A DNA stretch of 64,000 nt from Eledone cirrhosa (GCA_964016885.1 OZ024742.1:339264001-339328000); one strand, 5' to 3'; positions 38,695 to 54,598 are shown, counted from the stretch's first letter. Program-made: numbers and translations. The notes: generated from the sequence alone by a model not told the origin.

Positions 38695-39019
38695 CAAGTA
38701 CTGCACCAAGAAAAATAAAACGTCGGCGTGAAGAGATTATGAATTTATTTGCTTTAACATATGTTTCTGTGTCTATTATAATTGTCTACATATGCTGACT
38801 ACAATATTGTTCAATCATATGCAATATTGTTCAAGTATATGCAATACTTAATTATTTATTATACTTCATCAGAAAGCCTATAGTAGTGGAATTAAACTGT
38901 TCACTACAAGGTAAAATTTAGTAAGGTGTAGAGCTAGACAGAGTGTAATATAATAATATAATAATATAATAATATAATAATATAATAATATAATAATATA
39001 ATAATATAATAATACACAG

Positions 39020-39320
39020 ACGATTTGTTAAGCCTTTAATATTGATTGGTGACGTGCCTTCATTACATTTATTGATTGGCAACGCGCGTTTTGCTATTGA
39101 TCAGATCAATGTTGGATCTGTATCGATCTGGTTCGACTTGTGAATCAAAAGCTCGTCGGATCTCTGTTCGTGTAATGACAACAGCATTACAACAGCAGAA
39201 GTCCGACGAGCTTTTGATTCCAGAGTCGGGCCAGATCGATAGAGATCGAACCTTGAGCTGATCAATAGCAAAACGCGCGTTGCCAATCAATAAATGTAAT
39301 GAAGGCTAACAAATCGTCCT
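39020..39320. repeat. Imperfect long hairpin element
   Basis: 39056-39160 pairs with 39202-39306, with internal mismatches. Confidence 0.8.
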
Positions 39321-39327
39321 TGTATTG

Positions 39328-39395
<68 letters not shown>

Positions 39396-39579
39396 ATTAT
39401 ATATATAAAACTGCAAGCAAATATTTGCTTTGTTAGTCTTTGAGCGCAAACACAAACATTCACACCTAAACCAACATATACGCGAACATACACACCTATA
39501 ATATAACATAACACATATACATATAATAAAATATAACACACACATATATATATATGTGTGTATGTATATGCACATATAT

Positions 39580-40202
<623 letters not shown>

Positions 40203-40267
40203 TAGTAATAAACACAGTAAATTGTGTGTTTAAAATTACGAGGATAGAAATACCACGTTGCTTTGAC

Positions 40268-40312
<45 letters not shown>

Positions 40313-40362
40313 CGATAGACTTTCAGAACACAAACCAACTTGTGTGTAGATGAATCGGCCTG

Positions 40363-40433
<71 letters not shown>

Positions 40434-40437
<4 letters not shown>

Positions 40438-40984
40438 GGAAGAAATCTGCTGTATACAGGCCTGGAAAGGGATGTGCTCTGCCAGGCTTAAAATGCCCCA
40501 GAAACACTGAAACACTGAATGTCAAAACAGTGCCCCTACGACACTGCCAGGAGTTACGGGGACATACCATCTTTTAATGCTGCAAGTTTTCACAATAATC
40601 TGTTCACTATCAAAGACATGATCATGTGGGTCAACAAACTCGTTTTGGGAGATTTTCTGTTGAATCATTCCAAGACTTCAAGAGTTAAAAAATTTGACCC
40701 ACATCCTATGTCTTACATTTCTGATCCATGAATAGTAAATGAATCTTTTACAACGTTTTTGACAGATTGCAACACGTGTGTGTGAAGGACGGTATAAGAT
40801 GCGGTCTTATTATTATAATATAGATTTGCATGACGAAACTATACAAAAGTAATGGAGAACAAGCCAGAGAATTTCCATAGAAATATATGTAAAGTGGAAA
40901 TGGTTGGAGGAATTACCATTGTTAGAATAAAAATCGATAGACTTTCAGAACACAAACCAACTTGTGTGTAGATGAATCGGCCTG

Positions 40985-41055
<71 letters not shown>

Positions 41056-41576
41056 GGTTTGTGTTCTGAAAGTCTATCGATTTTTATTCTAACAATGGTA
41101 ATTCCTCCAACCATTTCCACTTTACATATATTTCTATGGAAATTCTCTGGCTTGTTCTCCATTACTTTTGTATAGTTTCGTCATGCAAATCTATATTATA
41201 ATAATAAGACCGCATCTTATACCGTCCTTCACACACACGTGTTGCAATCTGTCAAAAACGTTGTAAAAGATTCATTTACTATTCATGGATCAGAAATGTA
41301 AGACATAGGATGTGGGTCAAATTTTTTAACTCTTGAAGTCTTGGAATGATTCAACAGAAAATCTCCCAAAACGAGTTTGTTGACCCACATGATCATGTCT
41401 TTGATAGTGAACAGATTATTGTGAAAACTTGCAGCATTAAAAGATGGTATGTCCCCGTAACTCCTGGCAGTGTCGTAGGGGCACTGTTTTGACATTCAGT
41501 GTTTCAGTGTTTCTTGGGCATTTTAAGCCTGGCAGAGCACATCCCTTTCCAGGCCTGTATACAGCAGATTTCTTCC

Positions 41577-41580
<4 letters not shown>
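40434..41580. repeat. ~530-bp near-perfect inverted duplication around a (TA)n spacer
   Basis: 40434-40961 is the reverse complement of 41053-41580; the end fragment is repeated at 40308-40368. Confidence 0.9.
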
Positions 41581-42054
<474 letters not shown>

Positions 42055-42615
42055 ATAGACCCCAATACTTTTTTTTATCGACCTCGAAAGGATGAAAGGC
42101 GAAATTGACCTCACCGGGATTTGACCTGAGAGAGCAAAGAGCCGGGACGAATGCCATAAAGCATTCTATCGGACGTTCTAACGACTCTGCCAGTCCGCCG
42201 CCATTGTATTAGAGTAAGGGCTGTAATGTTTACTGTTTTGTACTTTTCCAGAATGTCTTGCTAATATAGTTTCGTATGGTACGTGGAGGCTAAGAGTTAA
42301 AAGCAGACAGCCATTCCCGTTCTTTATAATATTAATGACGAGAAATCTGTGAATAAGCGCCGTCAGCGATGTAACATCATGAACGCCACGTGATTTTGAA
42401 TTATCATCTATTAGTTTTAGGTTACAGTCATATATAATGCAAAATCGATAGAAGTGAAACATTTTAGATCTTCTTCGTGAATTAGTAATAGAATTCAACA
42501 GGTAATAAATTATCGCTAGTGTTTCGATTTTGTATCGCACACTGTCACACATTGGCACCCTCCATATACATACATATATATACACACATACATACATACA
42601 TATATCCATACATAC

Positions 42616-43107
42616 ATGATGGCTGCCTCCTCATTATCGAGTATGGCCATTGCACGATATAAGATAATTAATAATGATTAATTAATTGTTTCTACTTTTG
42701 GCACAAGGGCAGCACTTATCCCAGTGCATTACTGGTACTTTATTTTATCTACCCCATAATGATGAAAGGCAAAGTTAACCTCGGCGGGATTTGAACTCAG
42801 AATGGCAAGGGCCGTAACTCCATGCGTCAAAGCATGGCGTCCGACCCTCTACCGATACTGCCAATCCACCATCTTATTAATTAATGCCATCGTGCAATGC
42901 CTGTGCGTGAAGATTTTTTTAAAAGCGTGCACTGAGCCAATCCCACTCTCTGAGCGACAGTAGCTATAACCCGAAAAGAAGAAAAGATCAACATCATCGG
43001 TAACTACTGAGCCGCAGGTTTTATGTCGGAGTTAACCCAGTTTCCTGAGTTGCCTTCTCCTACAACAATGCCCAGAGAAAGGCTATGGGTCCTTCACTCC
43101 CAGTGGC
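42616..43107 (-). mobile_element. Non-autonomous RTE derivative with nested SINE (42684-42870)
   Basis: 3' end at 42616-42658 with a (TACA)n tail on its left; block B at 42888-43107. Confidence 0.78.
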
Positions 43108-43194
43108 TACATACATACATACATACATACGTACATACATACATACATACATACATACATACATACATACATACATACATACATACATACATAC

Positions 43195-46100
43195 TTGCGA
43201 TCAGTCGCATATTTTGGCGTGGGAGACTATTTATTAAATTTAAGATGAATACTATCTCCGACAGTAATGCCACAACTACAGTCAAATTGAATAACTGGTT
43301 ATTCTTCTAACTATATCTTCTGAAGACACCTTTTATTCGAATTCGTAGAGATATCCGACTAAATACATAATTTATTTTACAAGGATTTGCTACAAACAGC
43401 ATGGATGAACACAACATCAACAACAAAATTAAGGAAGTATCGAAGACAAACAACGAGAAAGGTAAACAAAATTTATTCAGTTGTTGCTACAGAAGAAACC
43501 GTAATTATAAATCGCATTTCTCTTGGAGTTGCGAACTTAATAATGATTTATTTAATTGTTATAAAATGGCAAAAAACAATCCCTCCATTGGCTATATGAA
43601 CAGAATGAAATGACACTGGGACGAAATGCACCCAGAGCTAAATTATTTCACAGCGAAACAATTACGCCAACAAGCGACGTTTGTTGAACGTAAAAATAAG
43701 ATGAATATTATTAATTGTAAGTCCTCCACAACAAACATGGGATCAACAACACGTGCTACAGATCGCCATGCTACTAGACTTCCTAGCAGTCAGGTCGAAT
43801 AGTGCCTTGAAACAACTATGCCTGTAAGAAACTTGACACCACATGTACCATTTAAGTCTACCTCGAATGCTGGGGAAAACACTATCGATAATAATGATAA
43901 TCAAAAGTATAAACAATTGAAAATTTCCCTCACGAAATCTTCCAGAGAGAAATTAATTCATGTATAAATATCTCTCTTGCTGAACGTATTAAAACGACAA
44001 TATTTAATAAAAAAACAAATAATAAAATATTACGTGTTATTGACGAAATAGGGGATGAATATTTACGACGGATAAAAACCCCAACATTTTGGCAAATCAA
44101 CGCCTGTTTATATGCCTTAGCAACGACAGTGAAGCATTATCTTGGTGATAGCAGAGATATTATCAAGAACAAAACACCACCAAAAATACCATCATATATA
44201 ACTAAAATGGAAAAAAAGATTGCTGACCTACGAAAAACCATAGGATATATGACAATGCTCCTTACATGCAAACAAACACAAAAAACCTCACTCCTCACCA
44301 ACAAAGAGTGAAACATGAAATAGAGACGATGTTTGGTAACAGTAGAACCAGAACTCTTCAATATAAGCTGATCACCCTCAAACAAGAATTGAGAGCTGTT
44401 AGCGAAAAACGCGATACCTTAAAAGGTAGATGAGAGAAAAGTGCTTAATAAAAGATTCAGACGAAACCAAATATCAGTCTATAGAGATATGAAGAACAAA
44501 ATAATAAGTATCACTGAGGCCCCACCCAGAAAGACATAGATTCCTTTTGGAGAAAAATATGGGGTGAAAAGAAGAATTTCAACCAAGATGCAGTGTGGCT
44601 AAAAGAAATCCGATAGAACTATTGCTCCGACACTACAACAAAAACATACGAAATAAGTGAGGGTACCCTTGAGACTGTGATAGGAAAACTCCAAGATAAG
44701 AAACCACCAGGAAGAGACATGATTGTCGGCTACTGGTACAAAAAACTGATATTCTATCGGAGGTGTCTTACTGACCTCTACCAACAAGTTCTTAAGGGAG
44801 ATACACTTATACCAGAATGGTTGACATTAGCACAAACATTACTGGTCCCCAAGAACAAAGACACCCACTTGGCAAGAAACTACCGACCCATTGCATGCCA
44901 GAACCTGATGTATAAGATGTATACAGCCTGCCTGAACCTATTCCTCGAAGATCACTGTGAAAATAATAACATCATCACAGATGAACAAGCAGCTGGAAAG
45001 AAAGGGGCTTGGGGATGTGCTGAACAACTCCTAATCAACAAAACTGCGATGTCGGAGGTGCGACAACTTAGGAGGCTAGTGCGGCTGGACTACAGGAAAG
45101 CTTTCGATTCTGTTCCCCACTCTTGGATGATAGAGGCCCTCCAACTTGCTAAAGTCCCAGACATTATTATCAGAGCCATAGAGAAGCTGTCTTCTTCCTG
45201 GGCTACTATCCTAAGGTTAAAGACAGAGAAGGAGGACTCTATTTTGACTGATAAAATAAAATATCGCAGGGGTATATTTCAGGGAGACAGTCCCTCTGTG
45301 ATATTATTCATCCTGTCATTAAACCTCTTGTCCTTTCTGCTCAAGAAATGTGAAGGATACATCATTGGCTCACAGGAGGGCAGAAATACGAACCTAACCC
45401 ATAATTTCTTTGTGGATGATCTGAAACTCTATGCCAAGAACATGGATGGGATGAAGAACATCTTGACCAGGTTACAACATTCTCAAAGGATATAGGAATG
45501 GAATTTGGCCAAGATAAATGCTCATATATGACTGTAAAGCGGGGAAAAACAACAACTCAATCTAGCAACATTGTCATCAATGGCCTAACTGTTTCACCGA
45601 TATCTGATGAGGACTGCTACAGGTACCTGGGGATAGATGAGAACATATCCTATAATGGTATCTGTAATAAGGAACGCGTAACCACCCGATTAAGAAAGAT
45701 TTACTCATCAGAACTCTCTGCGCAAAACAAAACACTGACTCACAATGTGTTTGCTGTGCCTGTCCTAACACAAACGTTTGGCATACTCAATTGGACGATA
45801 GACGAAATCTGAGTATTTGATGTTAGAACTCAAAAAACCTAAACAACACCGGAAACTTCCACATGAACAGTGACATAAACCGCCTTTACTTGAAACGTAT
45901 GCAGAGAGGCAGAGGCCTAACATCAATCCAGACAGCATTTGAATGTCGCATCATATCCCTCCGACAACATCTACGAACCTCGAAGCGTAGGAGCCCGTTT
46001 CTCGAGCAAGTCTATCTGCATGAAACAGATGAGATCATGAGAGTTGGGAAGGAACTCCTCGAGAGATATTCCCTGTGTGATAATAAAAAAACTCACACCC

Positions 46101-47197
46101 AGGGAAGTCACTCAGCAGCATCGCAGTGAATCTATGGATGAAAAACTGCATACTTATCAGCAAAAGATCATGCATGGATATGTTGCCAGGAAGCTCCAGA
46201 GTGAAAGTAATATATATAAGGAAAGTATTCTATCTTGAACCAACAACCGCTATATTGGCTCCCACTTTGAAGGATACGTTTTTGCAATGCAAGAACAGGA
46301 AATTAACACGAAATACCTGATATACAAAAGAGATAGGGATGCAGGCAAAACACCTAGATGTGATAACAAGTGCAGACTCTGTAGAATAAACATCGAAGAT
46401 GTCACCCATGTCATCAGCAGCTGTCCAAAGATGTCATCGCTGTACTATTTACCTATGAGGCATGATATAGTGTCCAAAAAACTGTACAATGCAATCCGTA
46501 GAAAAGATAGCCCCGATAATATACACATTAAAAGCTACAACAATGTGGAAGACATCCAGATACATAATATGAAAGAGTACTGGTGGATTGTTCCAGTAAA
46601 AACCCCAATAAAATGCAGGCATAACAGACCAGATATTATGATATGGGACAGGGAGAAGAAAACATGCACAGTAATGGAAATTAGCTAACCAGCAGATGCC
46701 AATATAATATCAAAGATTAGCAAAAAGGAGAATATTTATGCAGAACTGATGAGAAATCTGCAGACACTCCATCCTGATTACACCTTCAGATTTATGCCTG
46801 TGATTATTGGGGCACTAGGATATGTTAGTGATTGCCTCAATACAAATCTTGCGAAGCTAGGCTTCACAGGAACAGAAAGAACACAACTAGTTAGGAAATT
46901 ACAAGTACAATCCATTAATGGAACAGTAAAAATATGTAAAACATTCCAAAAATTTTGTATCTAATATCTGCATATACACATGTACAGATACAAAGCATAT
47001 ACACATACACACATACAATTCAAAACATACACATCCACACATACAATAACATCCATATCTACACATGCAGGCATGCATACAAAATCTACCTAGTTGATGT
47101 TGTGTAAATTCCAATGAGAGAGTCTTGTGTCTATGTTAGAAACCGACTCTCTCTCTCTCTATTAGTAAAACTTTGTGAAATTATAAAACCAGAAGAA
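43195..47197 (+). mobile_element. Near full-length R4/Dong-like LINE (RT, CCHC, REL), family 1, decayed
   Basis: KPPGRD, NYRPIAC, DYRKAFDSVPH, GIFQGD, FVDDLKLY, CRLC, RPDI..EIS; many stops; exact (TACA)n flanks at 43108-43194 and 47198-47280. Confidence 0.92.
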
Positions 47198-50100
47198 CAT
47201 ACATACATACATACATACATACATACATACATACATACATACATACATACATACATACATACATACATACATACATACATGATGGCTGCCCCCTCGTTAT
47301 CGAGTATGGCTATTGCACGAGAAAAAAAATCTATATATCTATATATATACATATACACACACATACATACATACACATATATATATACATACATATATAT
47401 ATACATACACATATATTAATAACAATAATAATAATAATAACAACAATAATAATGACGACAACAACAATAATAATATACATATACATATATATATATGCAC
47501 ACACACGCACACACATAAACATATCTATACACACAGACGATAGCAACTACCAGCGCTGCGATCGAATGTGGCTTTTTAGCCCAGCCAATGATCTAAAATG
47601 TCTTGCACAGAGTCGGCAACCAAAACATTCGCTGGGAATAGCCGGCTGTGGTTGGAGTTCGTGTACTTTTGCATGTCGCTTGAGCCCTGCTGCTGATTTA
47701 CATTCTCTACCACATGTTTGGCAAGCATGATGAGTAGCATCTCCAACAGCAGCATGGTAGTCAACCACTGGTCTTACTTTATGACTGCGAAGATGACTTT
47801 CGAGTCCAGCTTTGCTTAGGCAGAGTCTCGCACAGCCGCTGCATGTCAGCACCATAGGAGGACCCTCGCCGTCTGGAAGTGCAACAGCAATTCCCTTCCT
47901 CACATCCCGCTTTACTTTCTCGTATGCGATTCGAGATGCCTCAAAGGCAACTTTTCCCTCATATACAGTCTTTCTCCATTTATTACGATCAGCAGCAATA
48001 TTTTCCCATGTATCAGCAGGAGATGTTAGCGTCTTTCAAGGAATCCTTATACCTCTTTTTTGGTTTATGTGGCGGTCGTTTTCCTTTAAGTAACTCTCCA
48101 TAAAAGTATTTTGGTATTCTAGAATCCTTCATCCTGGCAAGGTGACCACTCCAACGGAGTCGTTGCTTAAGCACAAGAGCTTCTATATTGTCACACATAG
48201 AGCTTTCCAAAATCTCGACATCACTGATGTGGTCTCTCCAGTGAACGCCATGGATCCGTCTGAGACACATCTGATGGAAACGCTCCAATTTCTTAAGGTG
48301 GTGTCGATATGTGACCCAGGTCTCGCAGGCATAAAGAAGACAAGAGAGCTCACATGCCTTGTACACCTTTACCTTTGTCCTCCTGCATATGTCTCGCCGA
48401 CCCCAGAGTCGCCTTTCTAGCTTTCCGAAAGCATCACTTGCTTTCCTAATTCTAAGTGAGATTTCACTATCAAGGTTGCTGTATCGATTGACAGTGCTTC
48501 CCAGGTAGACAAACTGATCAACCACTCCAAGTCGTTTACCATACACATAGATATTTGGTTCAGTGTACTGCTTACCAGGGGCAGGTTGGTACATGACGAC
48601 GGTTTTCTTGAGACTGACAGTCAATCCTAGGGCAGTGCAAGCGTCAGAAAATGCATTCAAAATGTGCTGCATATCACTCTCTGTGTGCGCTACAAGATCG
48701 CAATCATCTGCATACAAGAGGTTTCTTATGATTGATGTAAATACTTTTGTCTTTGCAGCAAAGCGCCTGATGTTAAATATGCTGCCTGAGGTTCGATATC
48801 GGATGTAAACACCATGCTCGCAATTCCTGAATGCAATACAGAAAACCATTGCAAAGTATATGGCAAACAGGGTCGGTGCTGGAATATCCCCCTGTTTCAC
48901 TCCATTTTTTTTACTGAGATAGGCTCCGACATGTTACCTCCGACATTAACCCAAGCCTTCATGTCGTCATGGAAAGACCTAACTAAAGCAAGGAACTTAT
49001 CAGGGCAACCAAGTTTCTGGAGAACCTTCCATAATGCATCTCTGTTAACAGTTTCGAAAGCTTTTGTCAGATCGACAAAAACCTGATACAGATCCAAGCC
49101 GTGTTCCATGCACTTCTCCTGGAGCTGTCTAGCTGAGAAGATCATATCAGTAGTGCCGCGTCCAGCACGAAAACCAGATTGACTTTCAGGAAGAACACAA
49201 TCTGCAATGTGTGTCAGCAGACGGTCCAGAAGCACCCTACATAAAACTTTCCCTACGACAGAAAGCAATGATATACCTCTGTAGTTCCCACAATCATTCC
49301 TGTTACCCTTTCCCTTGTACAAGACCACCATTACTGCATCTCTCCAGTCCTCACGTACGGATTCATTAGCCTGCATATCCTGCCAAACAGTGAAGATATT
49401 GCAGGAGTCTCTCACCACCATATTGTAGGAGCTCAGCATGTATGCCATCCATACCGGAAGACCTTCCACTGTTCAGCTTCGAGATAGCCACTGCAACATC
49501 CACAAGCGTCGGAGGTTCTGCGAGAGCTACTTTCACAGGACTTTCTGGAATGAGATTGAGGAAAACTTCACTGACGACAGACGGCTGATTCAAAAGATCA
49601 TCAAAGTGCTCTCCCCACCTTGGTAGAATTCCTTGTGAGTCACCAAGAAGTTATTTGCCATCCTTGCTGCGAAGCGGTGTCACCAGAGAAGACGGTCCAT
49701 AAACCTCACGCAAGAGACTGTACAACAGCTTTGTGTTATTGGAATCTGACGCAGTTTGTATCTCACCAGCCTTCTCACTCCACCACTGATCCTTCAACTG
49801 AGAAAGACTCCGCCTAACACGTGATTTTACATCCTTGAGTTCCTCATGCAACGTATTCCTCTCCTGTGGTTTTGCCGTCAAGTAGCGTGACAGAGCACGC
49901 CTCTTATCAGCCAACAAGTCTTCTATATGTACATCATTCTCATTACACCAGTCCTGGTGTTTTCTCTGCACCAATCCCAGAACACGCTTGCCTACATCAT
50001 AAACCGACTTTTTAAAGGTCGGCCAATCCTCACCAAGATCTGCAGCCTGCATCTCTTCTTCCAATGTCCTCTTCACATTTTTATCCTTAAGACGAGCAGC

Positions 50101-51084
50101 ATTCAATCTTTTGGGCAGGGCAACACCAGGAGTCCGTATTTTACGTTTAGTGATTAGTTTCACTTTTGCGCGTACCAGGCGGTGGTCCGTCCAGCACTCA
50201 GCTCCACGAAGAGCACGAACACACTGCACATCCTGTCTGTCATGCATCCTGACTAGGACGTAGTCCAAAATATGCCATTCCTTAGATTCAGGATGCATCC
50301 ATGTGGTCTTGAATTTGTTCTTTTGTTGGAACATAGTGTTGGTAACACACAGATACAGCTCCTCACACATCTGCAGCAGGAGCATACCATTGTTGTTACA
50401 CTTTCCCACCCCATGCCTTCCGATTATATTCCATGTGTTAAAATCCCTACCCACTTTAGCATTAAAGTCACCAAGCACGATGACTTTGTCTGCCTGAGGG
50501 ATATTTCTTAAAACACCTTTCAAGGCATAGTAAAAGGACACTTTTTCTTCATCGACAGAAATCATAGTTGGAACATACACACTCACCAGGGTCGCATATC
50601 TTCCTTTGTCCAGCGCAATTCTCATGGACATAAGACGCTCACTAATCCCTACTGGGAATTCTTCTAATTTATTCACAAGAACAGTCTTAACAGCAAATCC
50701 TACCCCAGCCTCTCTTCTGGTTCCTTCATCTCTTCCTTTCCAGAAGAATGTATATTCTCCACAAAATTCTGTAAGATGACCATCTCCAGCTAACCTCGTC
50801 TCAGATAAAGCTCCTTTGCAACAAGAGCGGTCCTTCGTTCAGGACGCTCCAAGGAATCCCTGCCAAGCAGCGTCCGTACGTTCCAGCAGCCAAGACTAAA
50901 TGACTTGTTTGGCTCTATTACAATGGCACGATGACGAGCGGGCACAGGCTGTGATAACCTGGGGCCCCTGCTCTTATTGCCAATTATCTTTTTTGTTCCA
51001 GAACCTAAATTGCCAATTATCTCTTTTATATTGTTCTGGAACATCATTGAATTGGGAGAAAAAAAAAGTAATAATAATAGTAAC

Positions 51085-51122
<38 letters not shown>

Positions 51123-51433
51123 ACTATTAATAATTATTAATGCAATCGTGCAATGCCTGTGCGTGACGAATATTTTTTAAGTGAGGAAAGACTGTGCACT
51201 GAGCCAATCCCACTCTCTGAGCGACAGTAGCTATAACCCGAAAAGAAGAAAAGATCAACATCATCGGTAACTATTGAGCCGCAGGTTTTATGTCGGAGTT
51301 ATCCCAGTTTCCTGAGTTGCCTTCTCCTAGAAGAATGCCCTGACAAAGGCTAGAGGTCCTTCACTCCCCGTGGTTTAACCGCGCGGTCGGGTGTCCAGCT
51401 CGGTTATTTCTATGTCCCTGCGCATATACATAC

Positions 51434-51540
<107 letters not shown>

Positions 51541-51671
51541 ATCTTAATGACCACAGCCTCTACTCGAAAGTCACAGGGACCTCCTCGACTCTAATCGAGG
51601 AAGGCATTAACACCATATGGACAAACATCTGTGTCCAACGAAAACTGCCAAAGAAGGTAAAAAACAACATA

Positions 51672-53144
51672 ATGACTCGAAACAGCAAATTACCTACCTT
51701 CTACCACCTGGTCAAAACACATAAACAAGGACCCGATTTGAAAATCAGGCCCATTGTCTCTAGCGTGGACGGCCCACTCTACAAAATATCGTGGCTGCTC
51801 TCCACACTACTGAAACCTATTCTACACACACTACCAGCCCACGTCTGCAGCTCAAAGGAAGTCTTGGAGCGACTACACCATCTGGCGCCCAACACCAGAA
51901 AGGACAACGGTTATGCCTTCAGTCTTGATGTGGTCGCCCTTTATACCTCCGTACCAGCATCCCCAGCTGTCGACCTGTTGACCGAACGAGTCCGAGCATC
52001 TAACTTACACTGCTTCGGACTCACACACACGGACATCCACCAACTCCTCTCCTTCGTTGTGGATAATGCACTCTTCAATTTCCTCGGCCACACGTACAAA
52101 CAAATCTCTGGGCTACCTATGGGCTCTAGTCTGTCCGGCATACTTGCGATCTCGTACATGGACCACCTGGAACGCAAGGCACTCAATACCTGCCAACCCA
52201 ACGCCGTCGCCTTCTACTCCAGATACGTTGATGATATCCTGATACTTACTTCTTCCCGGGAGATGGCGAATGAAATTCACCAAATCTTCAACGATACTGA
52301 CCATCACGTCGATTTCACCATCGAACACCCAGGAGAAGACGGGTCACTCGCCCTCCTCGACTTCCGTATCAACATCTCGGAAGAAGGAGACATAAACACC
52401 ACCTTCTACCGCAAAGCAGCGTGCAAGGACTTATTTGTGCATTATAACTCAGCCCTCCCCAACAACGCTAAGAGAGGCTATGTCCTAAATGAACTGACAC
52501 GGATCACTAACAGATGCAGCGACCCGATGGGTGGTCTCACCCATACCACGCAATTCCGTAATCTACTCAGATCTAATGGTTATCCCAAGCGACTGATTAA
52601 CGGAATTAGAGACCCCAGACCCAATAGACAGACACCCACTAGAAAATTAAATAATAGCAGGTGCTTCTTTAAAATCCCCCACCTGAGTGAATATACCACG
52701 AACGCCATCCGCAGGGCCATACGGACGGAGGGACTTGACATACATTTGGCCCACACAGGACCTTCGCTGCGAAGATGCCTCTCCAACAAACCCGACGAGT
52801 CAGATGGGACGTGTTCCCTCTGCAACTGCCCGATACGGGGGGCAGATTGCCTACGCACCTATGTCGTATATAAGATTCAATGCGATAAATGTAACAAGTT
52901 TTACATAGGTAGCACCATCCGACCCCTACATGTTCGTATCAAGGAACATATCAATACCAACGCATCTTCCTTCCGTAAACACATCCTTAAATGCGGAAAC
53001 CCACAGGGTAGACCCTTGGTCACAGTCCTAGCGACTGAACGCAGCATCGGATCCTTAAGGATAAAGGAAGCACTTGTTATTAAGAACCTCAGACCCCCAC
53101 TTAACAACCGGGCTGAGATAAATGAGCTGACATGGCTAACTTAA
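51672..53144 (+). CDS. Penelope-like RT plus GIY-YIG endonuclease (uninterrupted here, likely 5'-truncated)
   Basis: KTHK..IRPIVS, SLDVVALYTSV, GLPMGSSLS, RYVDD, LALLDF, VVYKIQC..C..FYIGST.RPL..RIKEH, EAL.I...RP.LN. Confidence 0.9.
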   Translation: MTRNSKLPTFYHLVKTHKQGPDLKIRPIVSSVDGPLYKISWLLSTLLKPILHTLPAHVCSSKEVLERLHHLAPNTRKDNGYAFSLDVVALYTSVPASPAVDLLTERVRASNLHCFGLTHTDIHQLLSFVVDNALFNFLGHTYKQISGLPMGSSLSGILAISYMDHLERKALNTCQPNAVAFYSRYVDDILILTSSREMANEIHQIFNDTDHHVDFTIEHPGEDGSLALLDFRINISEEGDINTTFYRKAACKDLFVHYNSALPNNAKRGYVLNELTRITNRCSDPMGGLTHTTQFRNLLRSNGYPKRLINGIRDPRPNRQTPTRKLNNSRCFFKIPHLSEYTTNAIRRAIRTEGLDIHLAHTGPSLRRCLSNKPDESDGTCSLCNCPIRGADCLRTYVVYKIQCDKCNKFYIGSTIRPLHVRIKEHINTNASSFRKHILKCGNPQGRPLVTVLATERSIGSLRIKEALVIKNLRPPLNNRAEINELTWLT

Positions 53145-53737
53145 CCATAGTGACCATTCACAGCCTACAGCCTGCTATCTTCACACACACGCACGTATAT
53201 GCATACCCATACGCATACACACACACATCTATATTTATACACGCACACATGTTTTTACAACCTACCACCTTTCACACCCTTTGATTTCCAGCTTCTACAG
53301 CCCACTATCTTTCACACACAAACGCACTCACACATATACACACACAGTTACACACACATGTATACCCATACGCTTACACACACACATCTATATTTATACA
53401 CGCACACATGTCTTACAACCTACCACCTTTCACACCCTTTGATTTCCAGCTTCTACAGCCCACTATCTTTCACACACACACACACACTCACACATATACA
53501 CACTTACACTTATACACACACATATATATTTACACACACATATCTTACGGCTTTCACACGCTAGCGCACCTTCTTGATTTAACCCATTTGGTCAGTAGCT
53601 TTTGCCACAGCCTATCACGCGCACGCGCATTCTTTCCCTCGTTTAAATTTTAAATAATTTTCTCCCCATAATGGCATTCCTGTCTTAACGACATCACAAC
53701 TTTCTCCGCTTGGCCTGTTCCCCCCCTTTTGGAACTT

Positions 53738-53773
53738 TCCCCTGTTGATGGGCGTGAGCCCGAAATATTGGGA
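53738..53773 (+). ncRNA. Minimal HHR variant at the PLE 3' end
   Basis: tccc CTGTTGA t gggc gtga gccc GAAA tat t ggga. Confidence 0.65.
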
Positions 53774-54598
53774 TTAAATCTCTACTACGGTAACCCTTCT
53801 ACCTTTGTTTGTTTTCATCTTTGTCTCTCTCAATTTTCACTTTCACCTGTTTTTCCTATCTATCTTCCACTTCCTACCTCGAGATTCCCCTCTGCATTGT
53901 TGTGGCTTTCTTAAATACGTATTTTATATATATATATACTTATGTAAATACACATAATACACATTTTTGGATGGCCGTTGACTCTTACGAGTTCTTCCGC
54001 CCTTTGTCAGGTTTTGATTTTTGTCCTGCCGGGTGTCCAAAATCCTCCTCCACACCAAGTAATCTTGGTAGGGTTGCCGGTTTAGTCGCCGACGACCCGA
54101 TTTACGACAGGTTGTACTGGGTTACATGTTACCAGTAGCACTCAAGAGTGACCCGACATATACATACATACATATATGTATATATATACATTAGGGTGGC
54201 CTACATTTTTCAACTTTCTAAAAGTTTAGCTATTAACAAAAAACGAATCTATGGAAAACTTTAGCTCAAGCTGACAACTGCAAGGCGACCGTCAGCGACC
54301 GTGAATTTTTGAAGTTTTCACCCGGAAAGTCATTTCTTCAGTTAACAATTTTTTATCTCTTATATAATTTCCTCTTAAATTAAAAACTTGTCCAGTCTTA
54401 TTCTTGGAATTAGAAGGATAAGTGATAATAGATATAATGGGGAAGGCAACTTGCAAAGCTGGGGGCAGAGCTCAGGTATAGGGCAAACACCTATTATTCG
54501 TTGTGGGAGTAGCAACATTTTAACTTTCGGAAAATACCCTAAAATACATATATCCGTATGTGGTTGACAGCTGAGAGAAATGAGTACTCGGTATTGAG

